A stretch of DNA of 22,287 bases, taken from Chiloscyllium plagiosum. Its lineage: Eukaryota. Shown in pieces: positions 9,602-21,281 of the stretch. The DNA is taken from positions 2,232,029 through 2,254,315 of the forward strand of contig NC_057758.1 of assembly GCF_004010195.1 (NCBI RefSeq). Direction: 5' to 3'. Position 1 is the stretch's first letter, and every line of letters begins with the position of its first letter. Position numbers and translations under genes: made by a program. The notes under the pieces were generated by a model, which made no database searches, was not told the DNA's origin, and was given only the letters and a program-made list of their open reading frames with translations.

Positions 9602-12600
9602 TTAAATCCACTATAACGCATTTGCAATTATATTTTTATGAAACACAACATATATGATGTTTTAACTTTGGAGTCTGTAACATAAGATTCCAATGATATA
9701 GTCTCGTATTCTTGTGTTTAAGTCATTCTAAGAATGTAAGAGGATTGTGATCCTGTGTACACAAACGGCGTTGACTCATTGTTCGTGACATACACATTAA
9801 AATATTGTTAGACCAGTAACAAACTAAATAGTTCTTTTTCGATTGTGGAGCATTTCCTCAGGTGGATGTTTATCTTCTTCGAAAAGTAATCAACTGGCAT
9901 TTCAATTCCATCCTCATCTTCCTGCAGGAATACAGCTCCAATTCCTATGTGACTAGCATTGATGGCGACTTTAAAAATTTGGAATCGTTGGGTGTGGCTA
10001 AAGTCTGTTTGAAAATTAATATGACTATCAAATTGTCGAATGCCTCCTAGCATTGTCCTGTCCACCGAAATTTTATGTTCTTCTTCTCTAATTTGTTTGA
10101 CGATACCAAGAACAGCTGACGTTTGGAACAAACTTTCGATGGATTCCACTGAGTCTTAAGAACAGAAGTACCTGCTTCATCAAGGTTATTTATGGGAATT
10201 CCTTAAATGGCTTCCATCGTTGCGTTCCGTGGGATCAACCTGCTATGACCGATGTTATGGCCCAAGAACTTCACCTCCGCTTTCGCGAATTCCATTTTAT
10301 TTAAGTTTATCAGACGTTTGGCTTCTCGGAATCGTTTAAAGAGTTCTGCCAAGTGTAACTTATAAAACTTCCAGAACTTTCTAAAGATCACTGCATTGTT
10401 CAAATAAACTGTATAGTTTGTTAATCCAGCCACAACTCTGTTCATGGCTCTTTGGAATGTGGCCTGTGCGTCCTTCTTTCCAAAGGGTATGACTTTAAAC
10501 TGATATAGTCCATTTGGGTTTACAAACGCAGACATTTCTTTCATCTTCTCTGATAAAATTATCTGCCAGTAACCATGCAATTAGAACAACTTGGTGATGC
10601 AACTGCCTTTCTCGATACCGTCTTCCAATCCAGGATTTGGATGAGTGTGATTTGTTTTAACGGCGTTGACCTTCTGATAATCCCCGCAGAATCGTTGAAC
10701 CCCATCCAATTTGGGTATTAAGATGATCGGCGAAATTCACTCTCTCTGGCTTGGTTCGGTAATGTCCTCGTCGAGCACAGCCTCCAGCTCCATCTGGAGC
10801 TGTCTGGCTTTGAAAGGATTACGCCGATAAAGGTGTTGCTTTACTGGAGCAGCATTCCCTATGTGTACTTCAATTCCATTAGCATTAGTTCTCCTCATTT
10901 CATCCTTTTACTAATGTAGTAAATCTTTCAACCACACACTCTAATCATGAGACAGATAGGTTACGAACCTACCACTCCTCAAGGACTTTTTTTATTTTTT
11001 ATTCGATTTTGAGGCATATCAAAATCCACATTACCTGGACTTGATCCCTCACTCTGCGTGGCAGTAACTAATACCTGTTTCTCCAGTTCTTTCTCTCCAG
11101 TATAATACGGTTTCAACTTGTTCACGTGACATACACGATATCTTTCTTTTATACCTGGCATCTTTTCAAGTGAGTTCACCTGACTCAACTTTTTCTCAAT
11201 TTGATAGGGACCATTCAAACTGGCTTTGAATGGATCTTCTATCACTGGTTACAGTACTGAACATCATCCCCTCGGCAAATCTTTCGAGTCTCAGAGCTTT
11301 TATCTGCAACCTGCTTCATTCTACACTGTGCACTCTTTTGGTGCTTTTACCTATCTCACGTACTCGGTTTAGTCTCTCTCACACCTCCGATTCATAATCT
11401 ACTTCTGAAAGCCCCGTATTTAGTCCTCTTTAGTTAATGTCAATGGGTCTCTCACTTCATGACCGAATATTAACTGAAAGGGAGTAAACTGAGTAGATTC
11501 GTTTAGGGCATCTCTAATGCAAACGCTACGAATGGGATACCTTTATTCAAATCAATCTCGTGATCCTGACAGTATGGTCTCAACATGGTCTTCATGTTCT
11601 GATTACATCTTTCTAAAGCTGTTCTGCGCTGTATTGTTCCATGTTCTATGTTCTAAAGCTCCCTGGAATTAGAATTCTGTACACGGAGGCTATCCATAAC
11701 CTCCCTAAACAGCCTAGCAGTGAAATTTGACCCGTGGTCCGACTGAATGTCACTGGGACGTCCATAACGCGTCTAGAAATCTACTAACTCCCTGACAACC
11801 TTGATACTCCGTAATGGAATTTCCCCTGGAAATTTGATAGACACAACCATTGTGGTTAACAAGCACTGGTTCCTATTTTTCGTTCCTAGGAGAGGACCGA
11901 CACAATCAATTAAAACCTACGTGAAAGGTTCATCAAATGCGGGAATTGGCAAAAATGTATGCTTTCTATTACCGCCTGTGGCTTACCTACTATTTGGCAT
12001 GTATAACACAGACAGTAATAATTAACCACATCCTTCAACATTCCAGCCCAATGCACATCTTTTTGTACCTGGGTCTTTTGTACGGCTAGGTGTTCTCCTA
12101 TATATAGTTCATGTTCAACCTGAAATACCACCTTTCTAAATGCTAGTGGCAGCACAATCTGGTGCACTTCGGCCCATTTCTCCTGTCCACTAACCTACCA
12201 TGGTCTCCATTTCTGCCTTAGGTTTATATCCTTCAGCTAATAACCCTCCAAAATAATTTCTGCCCCTTTTTCGAAGTATGCATCCACACATATATTTTTA
12301 TCATCTTTTCTTGCTGTTACCAGTCTCTTATTCTTTCAGGATTAAACACCTCTGTCTGACGCTCTGTCTGTTCAGGTCTTTCCTGCTCGAGTAAATCAAA
12401 CAAGGAATCAACGAACTGAACCTCAACTCCATCTTTCTCTTTACTTTTCGCTTCGTGCTATGACTTATGGTAGTGGAATATGGTTACCACACAGTGTGGG
12501 AGAACACCAGCATATTTCTGTTTTAACTCCTCAGTTTCTTGCTCTTACTTGGGTTTGACTACAAAAAGGGATCTCACTCCCAACTAAGATTCTGCCAAAT

Positions 12601-12931
12601 CATGCCGAAGAAAATACTAAATCCTGGAATTGACACTGCCATTCACTCCCACTGTAAATTTACCAGTCTTGAGTTGGCACTGCAATCTTAGCTTACATAG
12701 CAGAACGCTAAATTTATGTCCATCTATCCCATAGAATACCACATTCTCGGATAACAGATCATGAAGAGTACATATTCGCTCGTTCCTTACCAACAGCGTC
12801 TGTTTAAATCCCGTATCTCTCAAAGTTATAACTTCATGTCGTTCCTCCTCGTTCTTTCTGAGTAAACATCGCACACATAGGCAAATTCTTTGTAAATATA
12901 AAGTACTAACTCCATATTCATCTCCTGCCAA
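9602..12931 (-). pseudogene. pol: Gypsy pol pseudogene, order PR-IN-RT-RH
   Basis: PR ITLRDTG (about 12820); IN zinc finger HELYIGEHL...CYTCQ (about 12000-12110), core DCVGPL / QSDHGSNF / QGALER, C-terminal GPY (about 11210); RT GYWQI, PFG, ATFQR, YLNN for YLDD (10203-10580); RH AINASHIGIGAVFLQ, STIEKEL; terminal NIIANAL. Confidence 0.93.
11621..11650 (+). mobile_element. Ultra-short CR1 3' tail insertion with 10-bp direct repeats
   Basis: gttctgcgctgtattgttccatgttctatg flanked by ttctaaagct (11611-11620 and 11651-11660). Matches the tail at about 16849-16882. Confidence 0.85.
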
Positions 12932-13550
12932 GATTGTGCACTCTTGTGCAGCTCCTCGGCTCTTTTTGGGGACCTAGTCTATTATCTTCGATAATGTCAC
13001 TGGCTTAACTTGTTTACCACAACTTTTCCCACAGCTCTTTTCTTTAACCGTCAGCTTTGTGACATTATGGGAGCCACTTTATCACAGCGGAAATACCTTT
13101 CACCTCCTTTCCACCCTCATGAGCTTCATTTTTATCCTGTGGCAGATTCTTACGAGTGCTGTATACTTTTGGTTTTGGAGTGTAGGAACTCCCCTTCTCC
13201 CAATGTCTATTCCTCACGGGATGAAATTCTGCCTGGAAGCTTGTTTTATGCACCAACATGTATTCATCTTCTAATTCTGCTGCCCTTCTCACCTCCTGTT
13301 CTTCCTGTCCCTAACTAAAATTCTTAACAACTCTTGAAGTGAGTTCTTTGAACTCTTCCAGGAGAATAATCTGTCTTAAGATCAAAAAATGTCCTATCTA
13401 TTTTCAGAGCAAGTAATCTAATCTAAATAAACCCCATCATTCAAAATGGCAATGTTTAATTCAATCGAATTCAATGTATATCTGACCTGGTTCGTTCTTT
13501 GTGCTCCTGACCCAATGTTTAAATGCTTCCGGTAACAATTCATAAGAACC

Positions 13551-15221
13551 TCATAGAATGTGGGAAAATAGCTGGTGACACCTTGAAAAATGTCCATATT
13601 ACATATGAGGAAGTGCTGGATGTCTTGAAACGCCTAAACCTGGATTAATCGCCAGGACATGATCAGCTGTACCCCAGAACTCTATGGGAAGCTAGAAAGG
13701 TGATTGCTGCACCTCTTGCTAAGATATTTCTATAATTGATAGTCACAGGTGAGAAGCCAGAAGACTGGAAGTTGGCTTACGTCGTGCCACTGTTTAAGAA
13801 GCGTGCCAAGGACAAGTCAGTGAACTATAGACCAGTGAGCGTGACGTCGGTGGTGGACAATCTGCTGGAGGCGATCCAGAGGGACAGGATGCAAATGTAT
13901 TTGGAATGGCAAGGATTGCTTAGGGATAGTCAACATGGCTTTGCGCATGGGAAATCACGGCTCACAATATTGATTGATTTTTTTCAAAAAGTGACAAAGA
14001 GAATTGATGAGGACAGAGCGGTAGATGTGATCCATCTGCTCTTCAGTATGGTTTTCATCAAGATTCCCAATGGGACACTTGTTTGCAAGTTTAGATCTCA
14101 AGGAATACAGGGAGAACTAGCCATTTGGATACAGAACTGACTCAAAGGTAGAAGGCAGAGGGCGGTGGTGGAGGGTTGTTTATCAGAGTGGAAGCCTGTG
14201 ACCAGTGGAGTGCCACAAGGATCGGTTCTGGGTCCTCAACTTTTTGTCATTTATATAGATGATTTGGATGTGAGCATTTGAGGTATAGTTTATAAGTTTG
14301 CAGTTGACAACAAAATTGGAGGTGTATTGGACAGCGAAGGAGGTTACCTCAGATTACAACAAGATCTTGATCTGATGGGCCAATGGGCTGAGAAGTGGCA
14401 GATGGAGTTTAATTCAGATAAATGAGAGGTGCTGCATTTTTGAAGCAAACCTTAGCAGGACTTATTCACTTAATGGTAATGTCCTATGGAGTGTTGCTGA
14501 GCACAGAGTCATTGGAGTGCAGGTTCATAGCTCCTTGAAAGTGGAGTAGCATGTAGATAGGATAGAGAAGGAGGCGTATGGTATGCTTTCCTTTATTGGT
14601 CAGAGTATTGAGTACAGGAGTTGGGAGGTCATGTTGCATCTGTGCAGGACATTGGTTAGGCCCCTGTTGGAAATTGTGTGCAATTCTGGTCTACTTCCTA
14701 TCGGGAAGATATTGTAAAACTTGAAAAGGTTCAGGAAAGATTTATAAGGACGTTGCCAGGGTTTGAGGATTTGAGGAATAGGGAGAGGCTGAACAGTCTG
14801 GGCCTGATTTCCCTGTAGTGTAGGAGGCTGAGGGGTTACCTTATAGAGGTTTGCAAAATTATGAGGGATGTGGATAGGATAAGTAGACAAAGTCTTTTTC
14901 CCTGGGGTCGGGGAGTTCGGAAATAGAGCGCATAGGTTTAGGGTGAGGGGAGAAAGATATAAAAGAGACCTAAGGAGCACCTGTTTCACACAGAGGTGGT
15001 ATGTGTATGACATGAGCTGCCAGAGAAAGGTGAAGGCTGGTACAACTGCAACATTTAAAAGGCATTTGGACGGGTATATGAATTGGAAAGGTTTGGAGGG
15101 ATATGGGACGGGTGCTGGCAGGTGGGACTAGATTGGGTTGCGATATCTGTTTGGCATGGACGGCTTGGACCGAAGGGTCTGTTTCCATGCTGTAAATCTC
15201 TATAACTCTATGACCCTATGA
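13551..15221 (+). mobile_element. 5'-truncated CR1/HER1-like LINE (ORF2 RT plus 3' tail) inserted in Gypsy gag
   Basis: [37 protein letters not shown] for KFADD; stops and frameshifts; (CTCTATGA)n-type tail. Confidence 0.95.
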
Positions 15222-15573
15222 TTTAAAATAGCCTACTTAAGCACTTCATGATTTCTTGACACCTCATCTGACAGTACGACAGAAACATCACTCGCTATAC
15301 CTTCTAGTTTCGTCTGAACTGACGTTATCCATAAATCCTCAGACCACTCGACCTGCTGAGACAATTTTTCAAATGGAATAAAGAAGGCTTCAACATCTTC
15401 CTCATCAAACTCTGTCAGGCATTTGACATATTTGTACATATAACTATTATCTCTTTTAATCGCTAGTCTCTTAGCTTGACTTTGCTGACTGAGTCGCAAC
15501 TTCTCAAGTTCAAATTCTCTATCGTTTTCGTCTCCATTTCCTCTCCCTCTCTTTGCTCAGCTGAGAACCGCCT

Positions 15574-15640
15574 GTCTCTCTCTTTCCTCTCTCTCTCTCT
15601 CTCTCTCTTTCACTTCTCTCTCTTTTCTTTCTTTTCTCTT
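15574..15640. repeat. (CT)n-rich tract within gag, encoding an E/R/K-rich stretch on the minus strand
   Basis: tctctctctttcctctctctctctctctctctctttcac...; lies in the segment missing from copy A. Confidence 0.85.
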
Positions 15641-16062
15641 TGGATCTCACTTTACTTATCCCCTAACTCCATTATCCTCAACTGTAAATTAAGATTTTCT
15701 ACCTCGATCCCACTTGTCTGTTTCCACGACACACCGTGTTATTCATTACAAGTTCAGCTTTACTTGTGTCATTGATTCAACCCAAATGTGACTATCTGCC
15801 AATTCTAAAAGGATGACCATTTTCTTTCCTTCTAAAAATTTTTGGTGAGTCTGAGAATATTCTTCAAATCTCAGACTCTCCTTAACAATTTTAAGAGTGA
15901 TTTCTCTCATTTCTGATTTAATCAATGAGAAGTCACTGAAAGCAAATAAGTTGCCTCACCGACGTTTTATTTAAAGACCTAGGACACTCAACTGCACCTG
16001 TTTAAATTTGCTGTGAGTTTTCGCACACCCAAACCTATTCAAATCTGTCTCAATCATTTCAA

Positions 16063-16080
16063 ATCACGGACGGGCCCCCA
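16063..16080 (-). promoter_or_regulatory. Primer-binding site, tRNA-Pro (copy B)
   Basis: TGGGGGCCCGTCCGTGAT on the minus strand, identical to copy A. Confidence 0.88.
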
Positions 16081-16083
16081 AAC

Positions 16084-16715
16084 TGTAAAGACACGGTGTA
16101 AACCCCCCTGCTCAATTTAACGCAGTAACAAAGTTATTCTGTGTAGTAGACTGGGAAAATTCGATAGGCCAAGGACTAAAGTAAAACTTAACAACTTTAT
16201 TACTTATAGTATAATAAAGAATAATTAACTAACAACTATTTACGACTACTTCCTCTAATCTAATGTTCACCTTTCCTTCTGTAATACTAGTCCAATTAAA
16301 CTTCTAATTAAGATTATAAGACAAAACTTCTTATCTCAAAACCCGGCAGCTTTCATTTCTTTGCAATATCGCTGTCTTCTTTTCCTCTGCTTGGAGATTC
16401 TTCTTCAAAGGTTACTGATCAATAAATGTATCTTTCCGAGAGTTATCTTTCGGGCAGTCTTTTTGCATGTGATGTCTTCGCAATTCCCCTCTCAACTGTT
16501 CAAATTTCCCTGTTCTTATAAGCCCAAAGCATCGAATTAAGTCATTGGCTTTTAAGATTGCAACATACTTAAATCAATGTTATTGAAATTTGGTATTTTC
16601 GGTGTACAATTTAAACTGATAGACGAATTCGAATTGTAAAATCTCCAGCACTCAGTGTGCTTGCCAAGTCCTTCACCCTCTTAATTTTATGGTACACGTC
16701 TATACCGTCATAGCA
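16084..16715 (-). repeat. Gypsy 5' LTR (copy B)
   Basis: TGTAAAG...ATAGCA; paralog of 1867-2493. Confidence 0.85.
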
Positions 16716-16724
16716 TTTTCAGCC

Positions 16725-16882
16725 TTCAGTGGTGGACTCTCCCTCATTATGGGCATTTAAGCGGGCATTGGATAGGCATATGGAGGAGAGTGGGCTAGTG
16801 TAGGTTAGGTGGGCTTGGATCGGCGCAACATCGAGGGCCGAAGGGCCTGTACTGCGCTGTATTCTTCTATGTTCTATGTTCT
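16725..16882 (+). mobile_element. Short CR1-family 3' end insertion, copy B only
   Basis: gcatttaagcgggcattggataggcatatg...gggccgaagggcctgtactgcgctgta plus a (TTCTATG)n tail. The site is empty in copy A (about 2501-2505). Confidence 0.88.
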
Positions 16883-17551
16883 GACATGATGACCCAACTC
16901 CAGTATTCAATGGTTTGCCCAATGAAGGCAAGCCTGCCTAACGCCTTCTGCACAACCCTATCTATGATGCCACTTTCAAGGAACAGTGCACCTGTACCCC
17001 TCAGTTTGATAATACTACACAAGGCCATACTGTTAACAATGTAAATCATGCCATAGTTTTTCTTACAAGATTTAATCCTCACATTTATCTGCATGAAGCC
17101 CCATTTGCTATACGTGGCTCACTGGTACTGTTGATGAAAATCTCATCGTCTTCTTAGATGACCTTCTTGACTATCCACCAGTTTGGGTGATCTCAAAAAT
17201 TACTATCTATGGTTCTCATATTCTCATCCAACTCTTTTATGAAAGTAACGGACAATAATGGACCCAGCACTGGACCTTGTGGCACGCTGCTCATAGGCCT
17301 TCTGTTGGAACAATAAAATCTTCCATCGCCCTCTTATTCCTACTGTCCATCCAATTTTGTATTTGATCAGCTAGCTCTCCCTGACCCTCGGTAATCAAAC
17401 CTTACTTACTATTCTACCACGGGTAACTTTGTTGGGTCTCACTAACGTGCACGTCGACAATGTATGCTGCTTTACATTCATCTACCTTCTTCGTCACCTC
17501 TTGAAAAATTGCAATTAGGTTTGTGAGATGCGACTTCCCACACATACAAAA

Positions 17552-17867
17552 GCGACACAGTGGCTAAGTGTTTAACACTGCTGCCACATAGTGCTAGGCG
17601 CCCTGGTTCGATTCCCACCTCTGGCGACTGCCTCTGTGGAGCTTGCACATTTTTCCTGTGTGTCAGTGTGGGATTTGTCTGGTTTCTTCCCATCACCCAA
17701 AAATGTGCAGGTCAGGTAAATCATCCGTGCTAAATCTCCCATAAATTTAGGTGCATTAGTCACGGGTGAATGTAGGGGAATAGCTCTGGGTGGGTTACTT
17801 CTCACAGGGCAAGTGCGGACTTAATGGGCTTGTTTCCATACCGTAGGAAATCTACTCCAATCTAATC
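17552..17867 (+). mobile_element. HE1-like SINE (copy B)
   Basis: Paralog of 3183-3497; A box tggctaagtg, B box ggttcgattcc. Confidence 0.88.
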
Positions 17868-18054
17868 AAAGTCTATGCTGACTCTCCAAAATCAAATCTT
17901 GCCTTACTGAATGCCTATCTGTCAGAATCTCGTCCATGAACTTACGCACCACTGAAATCAGACTCGCTCATCTGTTGTTCTTTGGGTGTTTCTTACAGCC
18001 TTGATTAAAAATAATGTTACAAAATTAGTCTACCAGTCCTCCAGTCCCTCAAAT

Positions 18055-18177
18055 CAAATGAACTATGGATTATCTAAATCAGAAACAAAAATAGAACTTG
18101 CATGAAAAGATCATCTGTGCAGAGAAATCAGAGTTCATGTTTTGGAACCAGCGACCCTTCCTCAGAACTATGAGGAA
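18055..18177 (-). mobile_element. Old Penelope-derived fragment with degenerate hammerhead (copy B)
   Basis: Minus strand agttCTGAGGAagggtcgctggttccAAAAcatgaact; stem I AGUU/AACU retained. Confidence 0.65.
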
Positions 18178-18711
18178 TGATGCAAATAACTCAGCAAGAA
18201 CTCTTCCATTTTCTTCCCGAGATTACCACAACGACCTGGGATAGACTTGAGCTGGTCCCGGTTATTTATGTACGGTTATGCATTTTGAAATCTCTGGCAC
18301 TTCCACTTCTGTAATGTGATCTTGTTTCAAAATATCACTACCTCTATATATTATTACACGTTGCCGAGTTTCCATGCCTTTACCCACAGTAAATACTGCC
18401 AGTGTATGTCTTCACCCATTGAACAAGAACAGGCAGCAGAGTGGGATCAAGTCGAGTTCTTGGGAGAAGTGTGAACCCAGTATGGCGAGGCAGTTATGGA
18501 CGGTGCTGTTGAAATGCTAATTCCGTTTCAGTGGTTTTTTTTTCGTTTTCACCGTTGTTTTAAGGACTGTAAGGTTTTGCATTTTAACTTTGTTTCCTTT
18601 ATTTTTCTGCTTTATATCAAAGTTCTGAATGGGGCGCAAAATTGTACCAAAGCTGGTGTCACATTTGTCCAGTCGTAAAGTTTTTTACTATTGTGAGAAG
18701 TAAAATTAACA

Positions 18712-19365
18712 TATTAATAAATTTCAGTCCGAGTCAAATTCTGAAGCAGCAAATTTTATTGATACATACTTGCAAGAACGGGTGACTAATGAGTAAGCAC
18801 CGCGATCTGAGGGTTACATTCTGATTTATGCTGTTCAGCTGAGTCTCTCGGTCCTCCCCTTTTACCCCACTGGTTACTTTTACTGTAACGTGTAGCTTAT
18901 CACAAGCTCTAGCTTCACTCCACCTTTGTCAAGCTTCTCTCCTTCTCTGTTTACTTCTCCCATTACTCTAAGCCTGTCGCCCCTTCCTCTTATCTCTTTC
19001 CTTATATGTGACTATCCTGGCATAGTTTGCTGTCTTCGTGCGATCATCCTGTCAAACCAAATTCCATCTGTTGACCACACATCCTGAGACTGGCACACTA
19101 TTCTCCTGTTACTAGTACATCCTACTACACGGTCACTCTGCCCTATTAGTCATAGATAATTCTATCTGTTTTCGCTTCTTTTGTTTTCCTATGCCTGGTA
19201 CATCCTACTACACGGTCACTCTGCCCTATTAGTCATAGATAATTCAACCTGTTTTCGCTTCTCACTGTTTAGTATTTGCATGCACAGCCTAATTTTAGAA
19301 TGTAAGATTTTGCAGAAGCAACACCTGTTCCCTTATTCTGCACAATCTCAACCATATACCTTACA
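18712..19365 (-). repeat. ERV 3' LTR (copy B)
   Basis: Starts TGTAAGG after the PPT. U3 repeats at 19112-19179 and 19195-19262. Paralog of 4359-5016. Confidence 0.78.
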
Positions 19366-19388
19366 ATCCGCCCGTTTCTTCTTGGTTA

Positions 19389-21270
19389 CTAAGTGTTGTC
19401 TTCTGCATTTGTCTCATACGTTGCCTTCCTGTTCGCTACCATCATCCCTGTGTATTCATTTATAGTGGCCAATTCCTTAAGGTTACCCATCCCATCATTG
19501 TTCAAGAGGTTGAGTCCCTCTGCATGATTATCTTTTAGAGGCATTTGTTTTGCCAAGGGCGTCTCAATTGCCTATTGGGTTAACCCCCGTACACAAGGTA
19601 TGATATAACAGCCAATTGCTGTCAGTACCCCTGCTACCACTATCAGGGAGGTGAGGGTGGAGACGACCACGCATTTCCACTTCCCAAACCATCATTCCAA
19701 CCATCCTGCGAGTGATATGTCCACTCCTGAATTCTCAGCCAGTTCTTCCGCCAAGGTGGTCAATCCTCGCAAGGCACAAGAGATTGACCTATCAGGTGTT
19801 GTATTATTTGGAATAAAGGTACAACAGCTACCTCCTAACATTGCACATACACCCCATTTATCGGCTAGGATCATATCTAAGGCAAGTCTGTTTTCCCAGG
19901 CCGTTCTGCTGGTTGCATCAAGTTGCTCGGAAATACCCTTGACCGCATCTCTAGTATAATTGATGAATCTTTGTTTGTTGTAAAAAAAATAGTTTGTCCA
20001 ATCCACATTTTTGTTGACAGTTACCCACCAAAATAGGGCCGATTCAAAACCTGCTGCAATCTGGTTGCAGGCCTTGAACTCATCGGGGACCCCTCGCGGA
20101 ACTCCTATAGAGTCGAGATAAATCCTATCGTCAAAGGAAGTATCCAATAACGATCTTTTACTCCTCCCATTCTTTGTTACGGCCATCTTCTCCTTCTCAA
20201 ATGCCAAGGTGAATGGGATTGCCAATTGCACTTATCCCTCTCCAGGGTAGGTCGCAATATTCTGCCTCCACAGTACCACCAGAGTTCTGGCCAGGGAACC
20301 CTGAGTGCTGAGTAGTTCCCTCCTTTGTCTGTTTCGGTGTCATTCTAAGTTTCTACACATAACCTCAGCTCCCCCAAGTCTCTAGACCGACGGGGGCTTA
20401 TCGGTCGGCTTATACAGGATGTGTAATTCTCAACCATGGTCAAAAATTGGGACGGGGAGAGCTTTCAAATCTGTCTTCTGCAAGGGAGGGAACATTAGCG
20501 ATAGGGATGTACAATTCCTATCATTCCATGCAGTCTTCTCCTGATACAGGGCTATCATATATTCCTGTTTTGGTTCCATCCGATTGGAAAGGGGACTATG
20601 TGGGCAACCGGTCTACTGGAGGCACATGCATAGCAATTGCTTTTATTCAGAGTTTTAACAGTGTACTTTACCCATTCAACCCAGGCATTTGCGTCCTCGG
20701 ATCTGGTTTCTATTTCAATGGTCTGTTTTAAGTCCTTGACTTCTATAATTTTTACCACCTTTGGGTCATTGGGAGGGGCAAATGGATCTATCTTATTATC
20801 AAGTTGTTAGGCTCGCTTTCCGTTTCCTACGGCTATTCGGAAACAGCAGCCCGAAAAACACTTCCCAGAGGCATCCATTACTATCTTTATATCGTTACTA
20901 AGGAGTCGAGACCCGATTTCACGGGGAAAGGAGTCTTCAGAGGAGGTAGTTCTAATGGTGAGACATATCGGGTGGCACTTTTTGTCAGAACAGTCTAGGA
21001 CTGGGCGAAAGGGGGCTTTATGTATAGCGATGCCAGGTTGTAGTTTTTGCGAACCATACCTTGCGTCCGGTAGGGTCTTAGGAAGGATTTCAGAGAAAAT
21101 ATACTCCCTCAGATACTTTACATCTGCGCATTCTACGAGACTGCGATCTGTATTACTTGCGGTTATTCAGACTCAGGGACCGCTAATAACAAATATGGAG
21201 GTGACAGCATCGTTTGACAAAATCCCAGTGCTAAGAAAGCTAATATGGTAACTGTAAACGTCCCCAGCAT
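19389..21270 (-). pseudogene. env: Gamma-type env pseudogene (copy B)
   Basis: Signal-peptide-like MLGTFTVTILAFLALGFCQ from the ATG at 21270, CYAC, basic RSKR site, WENRLALDMILA (ISD), CAMLGGSCC (CX6CC), anchor, tail ending NAEDNT*. Internal stops at 20807 and 19692. Confidence 0.95.
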
Positions 21271-21281
21271 CCTATAATAGT

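Larger units (their letters stand above)
13000..15910 (-). pseudogene. gag: Gypsy gag pseudogene split by a CR1 insertion (copy B)
   Basis: FDEEDVEAFF...EVLK*AIL | GSYELLPEAF rejoin across the LINE. Downstream LRQIILLEEFK and RRAAELEDEYMLVHK. Left boundary approximate. Confidence 0.82.
9371..16715 (-). mobile_element. Gmr1-like Gypsy LTR retrotransposon, near full length, decayed
   Basis: 5' LTR 16084-16715, PBS, gag, protease (LRDTG), integrase, RT, RNase H, PPT and 3' LTR stub, in that order. Integrase precedes RT. Confidence 0.92.
16716..18420 (-). mobile_element. Old CR1-like LINE fragment (copy B)
   Basis: Paralog of 2494-4070. ORF 16867-17094 includes DRVVQKALGRLAFIGQTIEY. Confidence 0.75.
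14499..21281 (+). repeat. Segmental/tandem duplication, copy B (paralog of 1-6902)
   Basis: Colinear with 1-6902. Homology ends at the Penelope-like insertion at 21282. Confidence 0.97.

Noticed and set aside
4359..16715. A single env-bearing Gypsy or Gypsy-ERV hybrid element
   Set aside because: The env has its own retroviral pol, PPT and LTR; the Gypsy has its own LTR pair; the two are separated by unrelated sequence and a gap.
19692..20231. 179-aa env TM ORF as a co-opted syncytin-like or secreted env gene
   Set aside because: Both copies share upstream lesions (a frameshift after the signal peptide near 6770-6780/21135-21145 and a TAA at 6434/20807). Each also has private stops and deletions, and this ORF has no signal peptide. 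This fits neutral decay.
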